64,000 bases of DNA. Origin: Octopus sinensis (Eukaryota). This document shows, one piece after another, positions 11,641-24,182 of this stretch; the first letter of the stretch is position 1, and the number at the start of each line of letters is the position of its first letter. The notes beneath the pieces are model-generated. The model did no database searches, had not been told where the DNA came from, and saw nothing but the letters and a program-made list of their open reading frames with translations. The position numbers and the translations under genes were made by a program. The stretch spans positions 4,092,001-4,156,000 of the forward strand of contig NC_043026.1 in NCBI RefSeq assembly GCF_006345805.1. Direction: 5' to 3'.

Positions 11641-12856
11641 ACACACTCACACATGAATCATAAACTCCGTATTTCGCAAAAAAAAATAAAATAAAGAGAA
11701 GAAATTCTGGAAAAAGTGAAGTGAATTAAGTACCAGTTACGCACTGGGGTAGATGTAATCGACTAAATCCCTTTGTCTGTCTTTGTTTGTCCCCCCTGTG
11801 TTTAGCCCCTTGTGGGTAGTAAAGAAATATATATTTGGTAGTATCGTTGTTGTTACGACAGCTGTGGGTGGTAAAAATCGGTAGATAGATAACACAGACT
11901 CGAGTTCAAATCTCGAACCCGACCGATTTCGACTTTCGTCATTCTTTTCAGGCATACGTTGCTCTTACGGCGGTAATAGATAGTAGAATATAATTACAAT
12001 ACACCAATGTCTTTATGTTCCAAGTACAAATCACGTGCGTGGTAGAATTCGTAATGGTTAAGAAGTTGATGTTATTTTGAAGACTGTGAGTAGTGGAATG
12101 GGTGTCAAGTGATCGCAATTGGCAAATGTATGCCTCCTTCCCTTTGTGTATATAATGTGCCGAAATCCCGCCCTAAGTCGAATTTGCTTTTCATAATCTT
12201 TCTACGATCGATGTTGTTATTATTGTATGGCGGCGGTGGATGTCACAATAGTTAAAGCAGCCGTTGTTATTAAAATGTAATGTCGTTTACGTACTTATAT
12301 ATTTCTTTACTAAACACAGAGGGGACAAACAAGGACAGATAAAGGGATTAAGTCGATTACATCGACCCCAGTGCGTAACTGGTACTTAATTTATCGACCC
12401 CCGAAAGGAGGAAAGGCAAAGTCGACCTCGGCGGAATTTGAACTCGGAACGTTTACATACATATATCGAGTTCAAATACCACTTAGTTATGATTTTTCCC
12501 CTTTCGTCCTTCCAGGGCCGATTTTATCGAGTGTCCAGCCCCCCACCCCCTGCCTAAATTTTGTGACTTTCGTTTATGCTAGAAATTAATATTTGTTGTT
12601 ATTTGCTTCGTCGCTTGAACAGCTGGCAAAATGCTTCGAGGTGTTTCAGCAAGACCCTTTGCCTGGAACCCACGAAAGTTGGTAAATTCATCATATATAC
12701 CCTGCTCGTTACGTTCTGAGTTCAAATTCCGCCGAGGTCGACTTTGCCTTTCATCCTTTCGGGGTCGATAAATAAAGTACCAGTTTCCCACTGGGGTCGA
12801 TGTAATCGACTTAAACCCTTTGTCTGTCCTTGTTTGTCCCCTCTATGTTTAACCCA

Positions 12857-13241
12857 GGAGTGGCTGTGTGGTAAGTAGCTTGCTAACCAACCACATGGTT
12901 CCGGGTTCAGTCCCACTGCATGGCATCTTGGGCAAGTGTCTTCTGCTATAGCCCCGGGCCGACCAATGCCTTGTGAGTGGATTTGGTAGACGGAAACTGA
13001 AAGAAGCCCGTCGTATATATATATATATATGTATGTGTATGTGTGTGTGTTTGTCCCCCTAGCATTGCTTGACAACCGATGCTGGTGTGTTTATGTCCCC
13101 GTCACTTAGCGGTTCGGCAAAAGAGACCGATAGAATAAGTACTGGGCTTACAAAAAGAATAAGTCCCGGGGTCGAGTTGCTCGATTAAAGGCGGTGCTCC
13201 AGCATGGTCGCAGTCAAATGACTGAAACAAGTAAAAGAGTA
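12857..13241 (+). mobile_element. tRNA-headed SINE family A, representative copy (dozens of full or partial copies window-wide, both strands)
   Basis: A-box-like TGGCTGTGTGG and B-box-like GGTTCAGTCCC, an internal (TA)n(TG)n tract, and a conserved tail ending gactgaaacaagtaaaagagta. Other copies include about 1790-2253(-), 25573-26030(+), 29110-29582(-), 35733-36090(+), 49627-50015(+) and 56219-56627(-). Confidence 0.9.
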
Positions 13242-13721
13242 ATACCATGCTCGCTCAATAATTGAATCATAAAATCATAACGGAACAGTAATTTCTGTGT
13301 TCCTTGTCATGAAATACGGCGGTAATTGTTTTGAGAAAAGCTCTGCACAGCCCACAGCTAGTTGTATAACGATGAGGGTGCCAGTTGTTTGGAGGAAGCA
13401 CTGCACCCCCTCCCCCAGCTAGTTGTATTATGATGAGGGTAGCAGTTGATTTGAGAAAGCACTGCATATTCCACAGCTAGTTGTATTATGATAAGAGTGG
13501 TGGCAGTTGTTTTGAGAAGGCACTGCCCATGGGCACGGGGACAGGGGATCAACAGGTGCAAGGATACCTCCTAAAATTTTTGTTCTGTGCAAAAGCAAAA
13601 TATGCATTCCTGCTTTTGTCAGGTTTAGAAAACACTGTGTGAAAAGTGATCTGTAAAATGCAACTTGATGTTAGGTTTCTTCTCAAAAGACAAAAATAAA
13701 TTTTAAAAAGCAATAAGACCA

Positions 13722-14365
13722 TCATCATCATCATCGTTTAACGTCCGTTTTCCATGCTGGCATAGGTTGGACAGTTCAACCGGGGTCTGGGAAGCCAGAA
13801 GGCTGCACCAGGCTTCAGTCTGATCTGGCAGTGTTTCTACAGCTGGATGCCCTTCCTAACGCCAACCGCTCCTTGAGTGTAGTGGGTGCTTTTTACATGC
13901 CACCGGCACAGGTGCCAGGCTAGGCTGGCATCGGCCACAATCAGTTGGTGCTTTTTACGTGCCACCGGCACAAGTGCCAGGCGAGGCTGGCATCGGCCAC
14001 AATTGGTTGGTGCTTTTTACGTGCCACCGGCACAGGTGCCAGGCGAGGCTGGCATCAGCCACAATTGGTTGGTGCTTTTTACGTGCCAGGTGAGGCTGGC
14101 AATGGCCACGATCGGTTCGTGCTTTTTACGTGCCACCGGCACAGGTGCCAGGTGAGGCTGGCAACGGCCACAATTGGTTGGTGCTAGGTGAGGCTGGCAA
14201 CGGCCACGAGCGGTTGGTGCTTTTTACGTGCCACCAGCACAGGTGCCAGGCGAGGCTGGCAACGACTACGATTGGTTGGTGCTTTTTACGTGCCACTGGC
14301 ACAGGTGCCAGGTGAGGCTGGCAACAGCCACGATCGGTTGGTGCTTTTTACGTGCCACCGGCATG
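13722..14365 (-). mobile_element. 5'-truncated RTE LINE 3' UTR copy with internal tandem expansion
   Basis: (CAT)n tail followed by cgtttaacgtccgttttccatgc...ggatgcccttcctaacgccaacc and repeated gtgccaccggcac units. It is the same sequence that is fused to RTE coding sequence at 46095-47009. Confidence 0.75.
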
Positions 14366-14614
14366 GGGCTTATTTGTAAAAATTTTTGGACCTGGGTTTG
14401 TATCCCCTAAGCAAATTTCTTTCTTGGCACTGCTCATCTCACAACTAGTTCTATCATGATGAGGATGGTAGTTGTTTTTAGAAAGCACTGCTCATTCCAC
14501 AATTAGTGGTAACCTGATTTGGCACTGAGCTTGATGTAAAAAGATGAGAAAAATAAGGATGGAAGAGTGAGTCAAATTCCACCAGAAACATCTTGCATTC
14601 ATTTAGTTGTATTA

Positions 14615-15858
14615 TCTCTCTCTATATATAAAGGGCAAAATGTATGTCTGTGTGTGTGTGTGTGTCCTTTATACAAATCCACAATTTTGCAGTTAGAGGG
14701 CTCACACTTTCTATGGTCATTCAAAACTGTCCAAGGGTGGTTGTGCACATCTTTACATTTCTCCAGTCACCCCGCAAATTTCTCTATATATAAACAGCAA
14801 AATGTCTGTGTGTGTCCCCTTTATACAAAGCCACAATTTTTCAGTTAGTGGGCTCGCACTTTCTATGGTCATTCAAAACTGTCCAAGGGTGGTTGTGCAC
14901 ATCTTTACATTTCTCCAGTCACCCCGCAAATTTCTCTATATATAAACAGCAAAATGTCTGTGTGTGTCCCCTTTATACAAAGCCACAATTTTTCAGTTAG
15001 TGGGCTCGCACTTTCTATGGTCATTCAAAACCGTCCAAGGGTGGTTGTGCACATCTTTACATTTCTCCAGTCACCCCGCAAATTTCTCTATATATAAACA
15101 GCAAAATGTCTGTGTGTGTCCCCTTTATACAAAGCCACAATTTTTCAGTTAGTGGGCTCGCACTTTCTATGGTCATTCAAAACCGTCCAAGGGTGGTTGT
15201 GCACATCTTTACATTTCTCCAGTCACCCCGCAAATCTCTATATATATAAACGGCAAAATGTCTGTGTGTGTCCCCTTTATACAAAGCCACAATTTTTCAG
15301 TTTGTGGGCTCGCACTTTCTATGGTCATTCAAAACCGTCCAAGGGTGGTTGTGCACATCTTTACATTTCTCCAGTCACCCCGCAAATTTCTCTATATATA
15401 AACAGCAAAATGTCTGTGTGTGTCCCCTTTATACAAAGCCACAATTTTTCAGTTAGTGGGCTCGCACTTTCTATGGTCATTCAAAACTGTCCAAGGGTGG
15501 TTGTGCACATCTTTACATTTCTCCAGTCACCCCGCAAATCTCTATATATATAAACGGCAAAATGTCTGCGTGCGTGTCCTTTATACAAATCCACAATTTT
15601 TCAGTTAGACGGTTCACACTTTCTATGGTCATTCAAAACCGTCCAAGGGTGGTCGTGCATATCTTTACATTTCCCCAGTCACCTCGCAAAGCCATTAAAA
15701 AAATCAATAGAAGTGACTTTTTTGTGAATTTTCTATCCAAAACCCAATCAAAATGCCCGAAACTTGATGCACCAATTGAATGCCAGCTAGCAGTATGTGA
15801 TTGGTCGGAGATTTGGACAGTACTCGCGTGTATGTGCATTGCCGGGTCATAATGCTAG
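14615..15858 (+). mobile_element. Non-autonomous Helitron whose 5' segment of about 152 bp is present in 7 tandem copies
   Basis: A|TCTCTCTCTATATATAAA start and ...aatgCTAG|T end. Units restart at 14615, 14781, 14933, 15085, 15235, 15389 and 15539, and only the last continues into the unique 3' end. Confidence 0.82.
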
Positions 15859-17853
15859 TGCATAAATAAATTTGTTGGAAATTCATCAACCCGTTAGCAT
15901 TTGCTTAGGGGATACAAACCCAGGTCCAAAATGCTAACAGGTTGATGAATTTCCAACAGCCGACAATTAGTGAAGGCGCATGGCTCAGTGGTTAGAGTGT
16001 CGGGCTCACAACCATGAGGTAGTGGGTTCGATTCTCAGACCAGGCTGTATGTTGTGTTCTTGAACAAGATACTTTATTTCTTGTTGCTCCAGTTCACTCA
16101 CCTGTAGAAATGAGTTTCAATGTCACTGGTGCCAAGCAGTATCAGCCTTTGCGGCGAGCTGGCAGAATTGTTAGCACGCTGGGCGAAATGCTTAGCCGTA
16201 TTTCGTCTGCCGTTACATTCTGAGTTCAAATTCCGCCGAGGTCGACTTTGCCTTTCATCTTTTCAGGGTCGATAAATTAAATACCAGTTATGCCCTGGGG
16301 TCGATGCAATCGACTTAATCCGTTTGTTTGTCCTTGTTTGTCCCCTCTATGTTTAGCCCCTTGTGGGTAATAAAGAAACATGTATCAGCCTTTGCCTTTC
16401 CCTTGGATAACATCATTGACATGGAGGGGAGGCTGGTATGCATGGGCAACTTCTGGCCTTCTGCAAACAACCTTGCCTGGACTTGTGCTTGAAGGGAACT
16501 TTCTAGGTGCAATTCCATGGTCACTCATGACCGAAGGGGATCTGTACATGTTTTATCAGGCCCAAATACTCTACCTGTTTTATGGTCAGAACACAGGTCT
16601 GTTACATGCTTCAAGGGGAGCGGGCAAGTGAATTACATTGACCCCGATACTTGACTGTGTGCTTTATTTTATTTTTCCCAAGGGATGAAAGGCAAAGTTG
16701 ACCTTGGTGGGATATGAACTCGGAACCCAAAGAAATACTGCTAAGCACTTTATCTGCTGTACTCACAATTCTGCCAGCTCACTGCCTTATGGAGCCACCT
16801 ATAGATGCAGTTTAAACTTTTGCTCAGCCTTTACTGAGTTCAAATCCTGCCTGAATAGACTCTGCTTTTCATATCCTTCCTATGTCAATAAGACAAGGTA
16901 CCAATAAAGGGAAGGGACTCACTACCATGAGGTAGTGGGTTCGATTCTCAGACCAGGCTGTGTGTTGTGTTCTTGAACAAGATACTTTATTTCATGTTGT
17001 TCCAATTCACTCATCTGTAGAAATGAGTTTCAATGTCACAGGTGCCAAGCTGTATCAGCCTTTGCCTTTCCCTTGGATAACATCATTGACGTGGAGGGGA
17101 GGCTGGTATGCATGGGCGACTGCTGGTCTTCTATGTTGTGGGTATGCGACACATCTGCTTAAGACAGAAAATTCTCCTCATCACAATCACATCATCATCA
17201 TCATCATTGTTTAACGTTTGTCTTCTATGCTGGCGTGGTTGGGACAGTTTAACAGGAGCCAACCTGGCAGAAGCCTCCACCAGACGTCCGTGTCTGTTTT
17301 GGCAGGATTTTTACAGCTGGATGCCCTTCCTAACACCAACCAACCAGCAGAGTGGACAGAGTGCTTTTTACTTGGCACACACATGTTTGCTTTTTCCATG
17401 TTGGTCTGAGTTGAATGAGAACTTTATAAAGACATAATTCCCATGCATGCATCTATCCATCTTCTTCCCCCACTATTCCTGGGAGGGTTGTGCAGGCAAA
17501 ATAATTCAGGCACCATTTCCATAGGGTCCTGTCAGAAGCATTCGCCATAACCCATTTCAGCTGGTTTCTCAAGTGTGACACTGTGACTATGGATATTATC
17601 CAAACATCTCATTCTTGCATGCTCTGCCCTGAAGGTCTCCTCCCTGTTGGCTCACCTCAAAGAATTTAGTTCTTTCAGATTCTTGAAGAATCTGATTCTT
17701 TTGGATTCTTGAAAAGTCCAATCCATGTAAGATATTTGTTGTTTTTTTTTTCTTCAATTTCTGCAATTTCAACCAATCATTGACGTCCATTGAGGTAAAA
17801 TACATTCTGTGCCGTATGAATATGTCCCTCGTTTAAGAAACAGATTGGGTTTA

Positions 17854-18268
17854 GGATCTTTTCTGTTTGAACGGCAGTTTTTAACATAATTTCTAGGTAA
17901 CTAAAAAATTTTAAACATCATATACTGGTAGAATGTGTTTATAAAACATCTTTTTCTCTTGGATTTATTGAGAAAATTCTAGAGTTTGTAAGATATTTGT
18001 TGTTTTTTTTTCTTCAATTTCTGCAATTTCAACCAATCAATTACATCCATTGAGGTAAAAAAACATTCTGTGCCGTATGAATATGTCCCTCGTTTATGAA
18101 ACAGATTGGGTTTATTTACATTTGTGGAGAAAAAAAAGATACCCTTCCCCCTAACCCTAACCCTAAAACAGATTGAAATGCAATAGATCGATACTAGGGT
18201 CATAATCATGGGTGACAATTTCATATGACACCGCTAGAAAAAACTGCCGTTCAAACCGAAAAGATCCC
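17854..18268. mobile_element. MITE with TIRs of about 28 bp carrying a short (CCCTAA)3 run
   Basis: ggatcttttctgtttgaacggcagttttt ... aaaaactgccgttcaaaccgaaaagatcc. A second, SINE-interrupted copy lies at 55842-56674. Confidence 0.75.
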
Positions 18269-18296
18269 TTTAATGCTTCAAGTGCTTAATATGGAA

Positions 18297-18678
18297 TGGA
18301 AGCACTCCGTCGGTTACGATGACGAGGGTTCCGGTTGATCCGATCAACGGAACAGCCTGCTCGTGAAATTAATGTGTAAGTGGCTGAGCACTCCACAGAC
18401 ACGTGTACCCTTAACGTAGTTCTCGGGGATATTCAGCGTGACACAGAGAGCGACAAGGCCGGCCCTTTGAAATACAGGTACAACAGAAACAGGAAGTAAG
18501 AGTGAGAGAAAGTTGTGGTGAAAGAGTACAGCAGGGATCACCACCATCCCCTGTTGGAGCCTCGTGGAACTTTAGGTGTTTTCGCTCAATAAACACTCAC
18601 AACGCCCGGTCTGGGATTCGAAACCGCGATCCTATGACCGCGAGTCCGCTGCCCTAACCACTGGGCCATTGTGCCTCC
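18297..18678 (-). mobile_element. tRNA-headed SINE family C
   Basis: Reverse complement of the copy at 24609-24993, with the tRNA-like head ggaggcgcaatggcccagtggttagggcagcggactc...ggtttcgaatccc. Confidence 0.85.
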
Positions 18679-19944
18679 ACTGTGCTTAAATAATACCAGG
18701 GCATAAAGCAGGAAAAAAATCCCGGATCCAGATTCACAAGGAAAGAGCAGGAACAACATTTCATATCTCGAGTTGACACCCCCTACCGACATTACCCTTA
18801 TACTTCCTCTCAGATCATTAATCCCGTTTCTTATCCTTCAACTACTCCCCTCTTGCCTCGCGTTTTCCCTTCACTACCCTCTCAACTGTCCCTGCTTTTC
18901 CTCCTCGTTCCGTTCCTCTTTCCATTGGCTTCTCCCACATTGTTTCTCCTACTATTTCTTCTTCATGTATGGTTACTCTCTTTTACTCTTTTACTTGTTT
19001 CAGTCATTTGACTGCGGCCATGCTGGAGCACCGCCTGTAGTCGAGCAAATCGACCCCGGGACTTATTCTTTTTGTAAGCCCAGTACTTACTCCATCGGTC
19101 GCTTTTTGCCGAACCGCTAAGTGACGGGGACACAAACACACCAGCATCGGTTGCCAAGCAATGCTAGGGGGACAAACACAGACACACAAACACACACATA
19201 TATACATATATATACGACGGGCTTCTTTCAGTTTCCATCTACCAAATCCACTCACAAGGCATTGGTCGCCTGTAGTCGAGCAAATCGACCCCGGGACTTA
19301 TTCTTTGTAAGCCCAGTACTTATTCTATTGGTCTCTTTTGCCGAACCGCTAAGTGACGGAGACGTAAACACACCAGCATCGGTTGCCAAGCAATGCTAGG
19401 GGGACAAACACAGACACACAAACACATATATATACGACGGGCTTCTTTCAGTTTCCATCTACCAAATCCACTCACAAGGCATTGGTCGGCCCGGGGCTAT
19501 AGTAGAAGACACTTGCCCAAGATGTCACGCAGTGGAACAGAACCCGGAACCATGTGGTTGGTTAGCAAGCTACTTACCACACAGCCACTCCCCTGCATTT
19601 CTTATCAGTTGTAGCCATTGTTTTTTTTTTTTTTAAACTTACAGGATGTGAAACTCTGGTGTCTCTCATTAATTTCTCTCCTGTCAACTTCTCCTTCAAA
19701 AGAGACTCTGTCTGAAGTGTTTGATTTTTTTTTCCACTCCCTGTGGCAACCCCTATTATCATCATTATCATCATCACCATCATTGTTTAACGTCCGTTTT
19801 CCATGCTTGTACGGGTTGGACGGTTTAACTGGGGTCTGTGAAGCCGGAAGGCATCATCAGGCCCAGTCAGATTTGGCAGTGTTTCTACGGCTGGATGCCC
19901 TTCCTAACGCCAACCACTCCGAGAGTGTAGTGGGTGTTTTTTAT

Positions 19945-21912
19945 GTGCCACCGACACAGGTGCCAGACGAGGCTGGCAGACGGCCACGCTCGGATGGTGT
20001 TTTTAATGTGCCACCGACACAGGTGCCAGACGAGGCTGGTGAACGGCCATGATCGGATGGGGTTTTTTATGTGCCACCGACACAGGTGCCAGACGAGGCT
20101 GGCAGACGCCCACGCTCGGATGGTGTTTTTTATGTGCCACCGACACAGGTGCCAGACGAGGCTGGCAGACGCCCACGCTCGGATGGTGTTTTTTATGTGC
20201 CACCGACACAGGTGCCAGACGAGGCTGGCAGACGGCCACGCTCGGATGGTGTTTTTAATGTGCCACCGACACAGGTGCCAGACGAGGCTGGTGAACGGCC
20301 ATGATCGGATGGGGTTTTTTATGTGCCACCGACACAGGTGCCAGACGAGGCTGGCAGACGCCCACGCTCGGATGGTGTTTTTTATGTGCCACCGACACAG
20401 GTGCCAGACGAGGCTGGCAGACGCCCACGCTCGGATGGTGTTTTTTATGTGCCAACGACACAGGTGCCAGACGAGGCTGGCAGACGGCCACGCTCGGATG
20501 GTGTTTTTTAATGCCACCGACACAGGTGCCAGACGAGGCTGGCAGATGACCACGCTCGGATGGTGTTTTTTATGTGCCACCGACACAGGTGCCAGACGAG
20601 ACTGGCGAACGGCCACGATCGGATGGTGTTTTTTCGTGTCACCGACACAGGTGCCAGACGAGGCTGGCAGATGGCCACGATCGGATGGTGTTTTTTAGTG
20701 CCACCGACACAGGTGCCAGACGAGGCTGGCAGACGGCCACGCTCGAATGGTGTTTTTTAGTGCCACCGACACAGGTGCCAGACGAGGCTGGCAGACGGCC
20801 ACGCTCGGATGGTGTTTTTTAGTGCCACCGACACAGGTGCCAGACGAGGCTGGCAGACGGCCACGCTCGGATGGTGTTTTTTAGTGCCACCGACACAGGT
20901 GCCAGACGAGGCTGGCAGACGTCCACGCTCGGATGGTGTTTTTTATGTGCCACCGACACAGGTGCCAGACGAGGCTGGCAGACGGCCACGCTCGGATGGT
21001 GTTTTTTATGTGCCACCGACACAGGTGCCAGACGAGGCTGGCAGACGGCCACGCTCAGATGGTGTTTTTTATGTGCCACCAACACAGGTGCCAGACGAGG
21101 CTGGCGAACGGCCACGCTCGGATGGTGTTTTCTATGTGCCACCGACACAGGTGCCAGACGAGGCTGGCAGACGGCCACGCTCGGATGGTGTGCATGGGAC
21201 TGGTATGCATGGGCAACTTCTGGCCTTCTGCAAACAACCTTGCCTGGACTTGTGCTTGAAGGGAACTTTCTAGGTGCAATTCCATGGTCATTCATGACCG
21301 AAGGGGATCTGTACATGTTTTATCAGGCCCAAATACTCTACCTGTTTTATGGTCAGAACACAGGTCTGTTACATGCTTCAAGGGGAGCAGGCAAGTGAAT
21401 TACATCGACCCCGATACTTGTCTGTGTGCTTTATTTTATCTTTCCCAAGGGATGAAAGGCAAAGTTGACCATGGTGGGATATGAACTCGGAACGCAAAGA
21501 AATACTGCTAAGCACTTTATCTGCTGTACTCACAATTCTGCCAGCTCACTGCCTTATGGAGCCACCTATAGATGCAGTTTAAACTTTTGCTCAGCCTTTA
21601 CTGAGTTCAAATCCTGCCTGAATAGACTCAGGTGCCAGACGAGGCTGGCAGACGGCCACGCTCGGAAGGTGTTTTTTATGTGCCACCGACACAGGTGCCA
21701 GACGAGGCTGGCAGACGGCCACGCTCGGATGGTGTTTTTTATGTGCCACCGACACAGGTACCAGACGAGGCTGGCAGACAGCCACGCTCGGATGGTGTTT
21801 TTTATGTGCCACCGACACAGGTGGCAGATGGCCACGATCGGATGGTGTTTTTTATGTGCCACCGACACAGGTGCCAGACGAGGCTGGCGAACGGCCACGA
21901 TCGGATGGTGTT
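19945..21912. repeat. 63-bp minisatellite (about 20 + about 4.5 copies) expanded inside an RTE 3' UTR copy, interrupted at 21200-21629
   Basis: Unit gtgccaccgacacaggtgccagacgaggctggcagacggccacgctcggatggtgttttttat. The 21-aa periodicity of the ORF-track peptides confirms the period. The RTE tail lies at about 19770-19940. Confidence 0.92.
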
Positions 21913-22452
21913 TGTTACGTGCCCACAAGGATGCTTATTTACCCATCCATTATGATATTTCGAAAACGATGTCTTTCCACTGCAAACTGCTAAAGATTCA
22001 AAGCTTCTTTTCATGAACTGAAGTCAAACTGTTCTTGCCTTCATTTTCCATTACCTGAAGTCAATTTCAGAGTGGTCATACACTGTAAGCACGTAGCAAG
22101 TACTTTCCTTTACCTCTACTTTTTCAAGTAGGTATTACATTGTCATTTTGAACATACCAATCATATTTCTCTCTGAAAAAATAGCTACGTTTGCTGTTGA
22201 ATAAAATAAACTTACAGAGTGAGAGTTTCAACGTCTTCCTTAAATTTCCTTACATCATTTATGTGGCTGTTTCTGACAAGAAATTTCGTTTTCATCTAAA
22301 ACAACTATATTTTGTAGTCATTATCCGTAATCTACTCCCCAAACACTTCAATAGTTCTCCTTTGCATCGCTTGCAAACTTATATATTCCATGATCATTAA
22401 AGTGCAATGACCTCCACAGTAACCAGCCTTCAATTTGATTTTCTGTCCCTAG

Positions 22453-23334
22453 ATTGACTTGACTTGACTTGAGACAGCATTCACCCGGGGTGGGTTGAAC
22501 TGGCTTCATTCATCCTCAATGCTGCATCTCTCACAAACGCCGACCAGGCGTGGCGGTTTGAGGCTAACAACCACGTGATCTCCAACCACTCCTTATTCCA
22601 GCAGCGAACGCCGTAGATATGGGGGCCTAGGTTGGGTTCCAGATCAGTCTTGACTGTCATCAGCCAGGTTTTTCGTTGTCCACCACATCGCTTTCGCCAA
22701 CCCTGAAGGGGAGCTGGGACAATTGCTTCGTAGGTTGGGTTCCAGATCAGCCTTGACTGTCATCAGCCAGGTTTTTCGTTGTCCACCACATCGCTTTCGC
22801 CAACCCTGAAGGGGAGCTGGGGCAATTGCTTTGTGGGTTGGGTTCCAGATCAGCCTTGACTATCATCAGCCAGGTTTTTTGTTGTCCACCACATCGCTTT
22901 CGCCAACCCTGAAGGGGAGCTGGGGCAATTGCTTCGTGGGTTGGGTTCCAGATCAGCCTTGACTGTCATCAGCCAGGTTTTTCGTTGTCCACCACATCGC
23001 TTTCGCCAACCCTGAAGGGGAGCTGGGGCAATTGCTTTGTGGGTTGGGTTCCAGATCAGCCTTGACTGTCATCAGCCAGGTTTTTCGTTGTCCACCACAT
23101 CGCTTTCGCCAACCCTGAAGGGGAGCTGGGGCAATTGCTTCGTGGGTTGGGTTCCAGATCAGCCTTGACTGTCATCAGCCAGGTTTTTTGTTGTCCACCA
23201 CATCGCTTTCGCCAACCCTGAAGGGGAGCTGGGACAATTGCTTCGTAGGTTGGGTTCCAGATCAGCCTTGACTGTCATCAGCCAGGTTTTTCGTTGTCCA
23301 CCACATCGCTTTCGCCAACCCTGAAGGGGAGCTA
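22453..23334 (-). mobile_element. 5'-truncated RTE-clade LINE with (TCAAG)n tail and about 7 tandem 103-bp copies of its 5'-most segment
   Basis: The minus strand encodes APLQGWRKRCGGQRKTWLMTVKTDLEPNLGPHIYGVRCWNKEWLEITWLLASNRHAWSAFVRDAALRMNEASSTHPG* (stop at 22481-22483), typical of an RTE ORF2 C-terminus. Units start at 22630, 22733, 22836 and so on to 23248. CCTAGATT on both sides is a candidate TSD. Confidence 0.85.
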
Positions 23335-23508
23335 AGGGAAGTTCCTAGATTAATCAGAAACATAGATTGCTGTGCTACTCATAAACCTTCTCATTAGTTC
23401 AATTATTTGCCCACAGAAAAATGACCCCACTCAAAATGTAGAAAAAAAGCATACTTGATGAAAATTACAGATGCATAAGAGGTACAGTTGAAACAGAATG
23501 GTAGTGGT

Positions 23509-23839
23509 GACCCCCTTCGGTCAGACACTGACCATGGGTTTGCACCTAGAGAGTTACCCTCTGAGGCACAAGTCTGGGCAAGGTTGTTTTATGGAAGACC
23601 AGCAGTCGCCCATGCATACCAGCCTCCCCTCTCCACGTCACCGATGTTGTCCAAGGGAAAGGCAAGGGCCGATACAGCTTGGCACCTGTGACGTCGCAAC
23701 TCATTTCTACAGCTGAGTGAACTGGAGCAACGTGAAATAAAGTGTCTTGCTCAAGAACACAACACGCAGCCCGCTCCGGGATTCGAGCTCACAACCTCAC
23801 GATCGTAAGTTCGATGCTCTAACCACTGAGCCACGCGCC
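23509..23839 (-). mobile_element. tRNA-headed SINE family D
   Basis: Head ggcgcgtggctcagtggttagagcatcgaacttacgatc...tcgaatccc on the minus strand. Other copies at about 15972-16140(+), 28613-28950(-) and 37274-37598(+). Confidence 0.85.
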
Positions 23840-24182
23840 AAGATTTTGAGTGGCAGATATACAGGAACAATAAACTTTTGGTAATGTCATGCAAATTGTC
23901 AAAGTTTTAAATCCAAAACATTTGCTGCACATCTGTAGTTAGCAAAGCAAAGTTCAAGTGAGCTAAAGTCATGTTTAAACATGGCCACAATCATAAATAT
24001 TCATTCAGATTACTTGCAGCTTAAATATCAACAACTTAATGCGGTTTATTTATTGTTTTTCCACTGTCATATGTTGTATAAGATAATGAAATGTAGGGCA
24101 CAGCCATGGTTAAAAAGTTTCCTTTGCTGTCGTGGGAGTTCTGGATTGGTTCCACTGTGTGGAACCTTGTGGAAGTGTCTAA

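Noticed and set aside
19618-19760. Strong plus-strand acceptor (T14-aaacttacAG) as candidate LysM exon 2
   Set aside because: The downstream frame (DVKLWCLSLISLLS...) lacks the LysM second-half signature and has no evident donor.
17656-22272. Possible nested minus-strand gene from donor-flanked segments at about 22216-22272, 19643-19711 and 17656-17710
   Set aside because: Each has a good GT donor, but I could not join them in frame without stops and recognised no protein family. Chance donors are common in AT-rich introns.
19945-23334. Regular repeat arrays resembling CRISPR
   Set aside because: The units are contiguous with no unique spacers, they derive from LINE sequence, the context is eukaryotic, and there are no cas genes.
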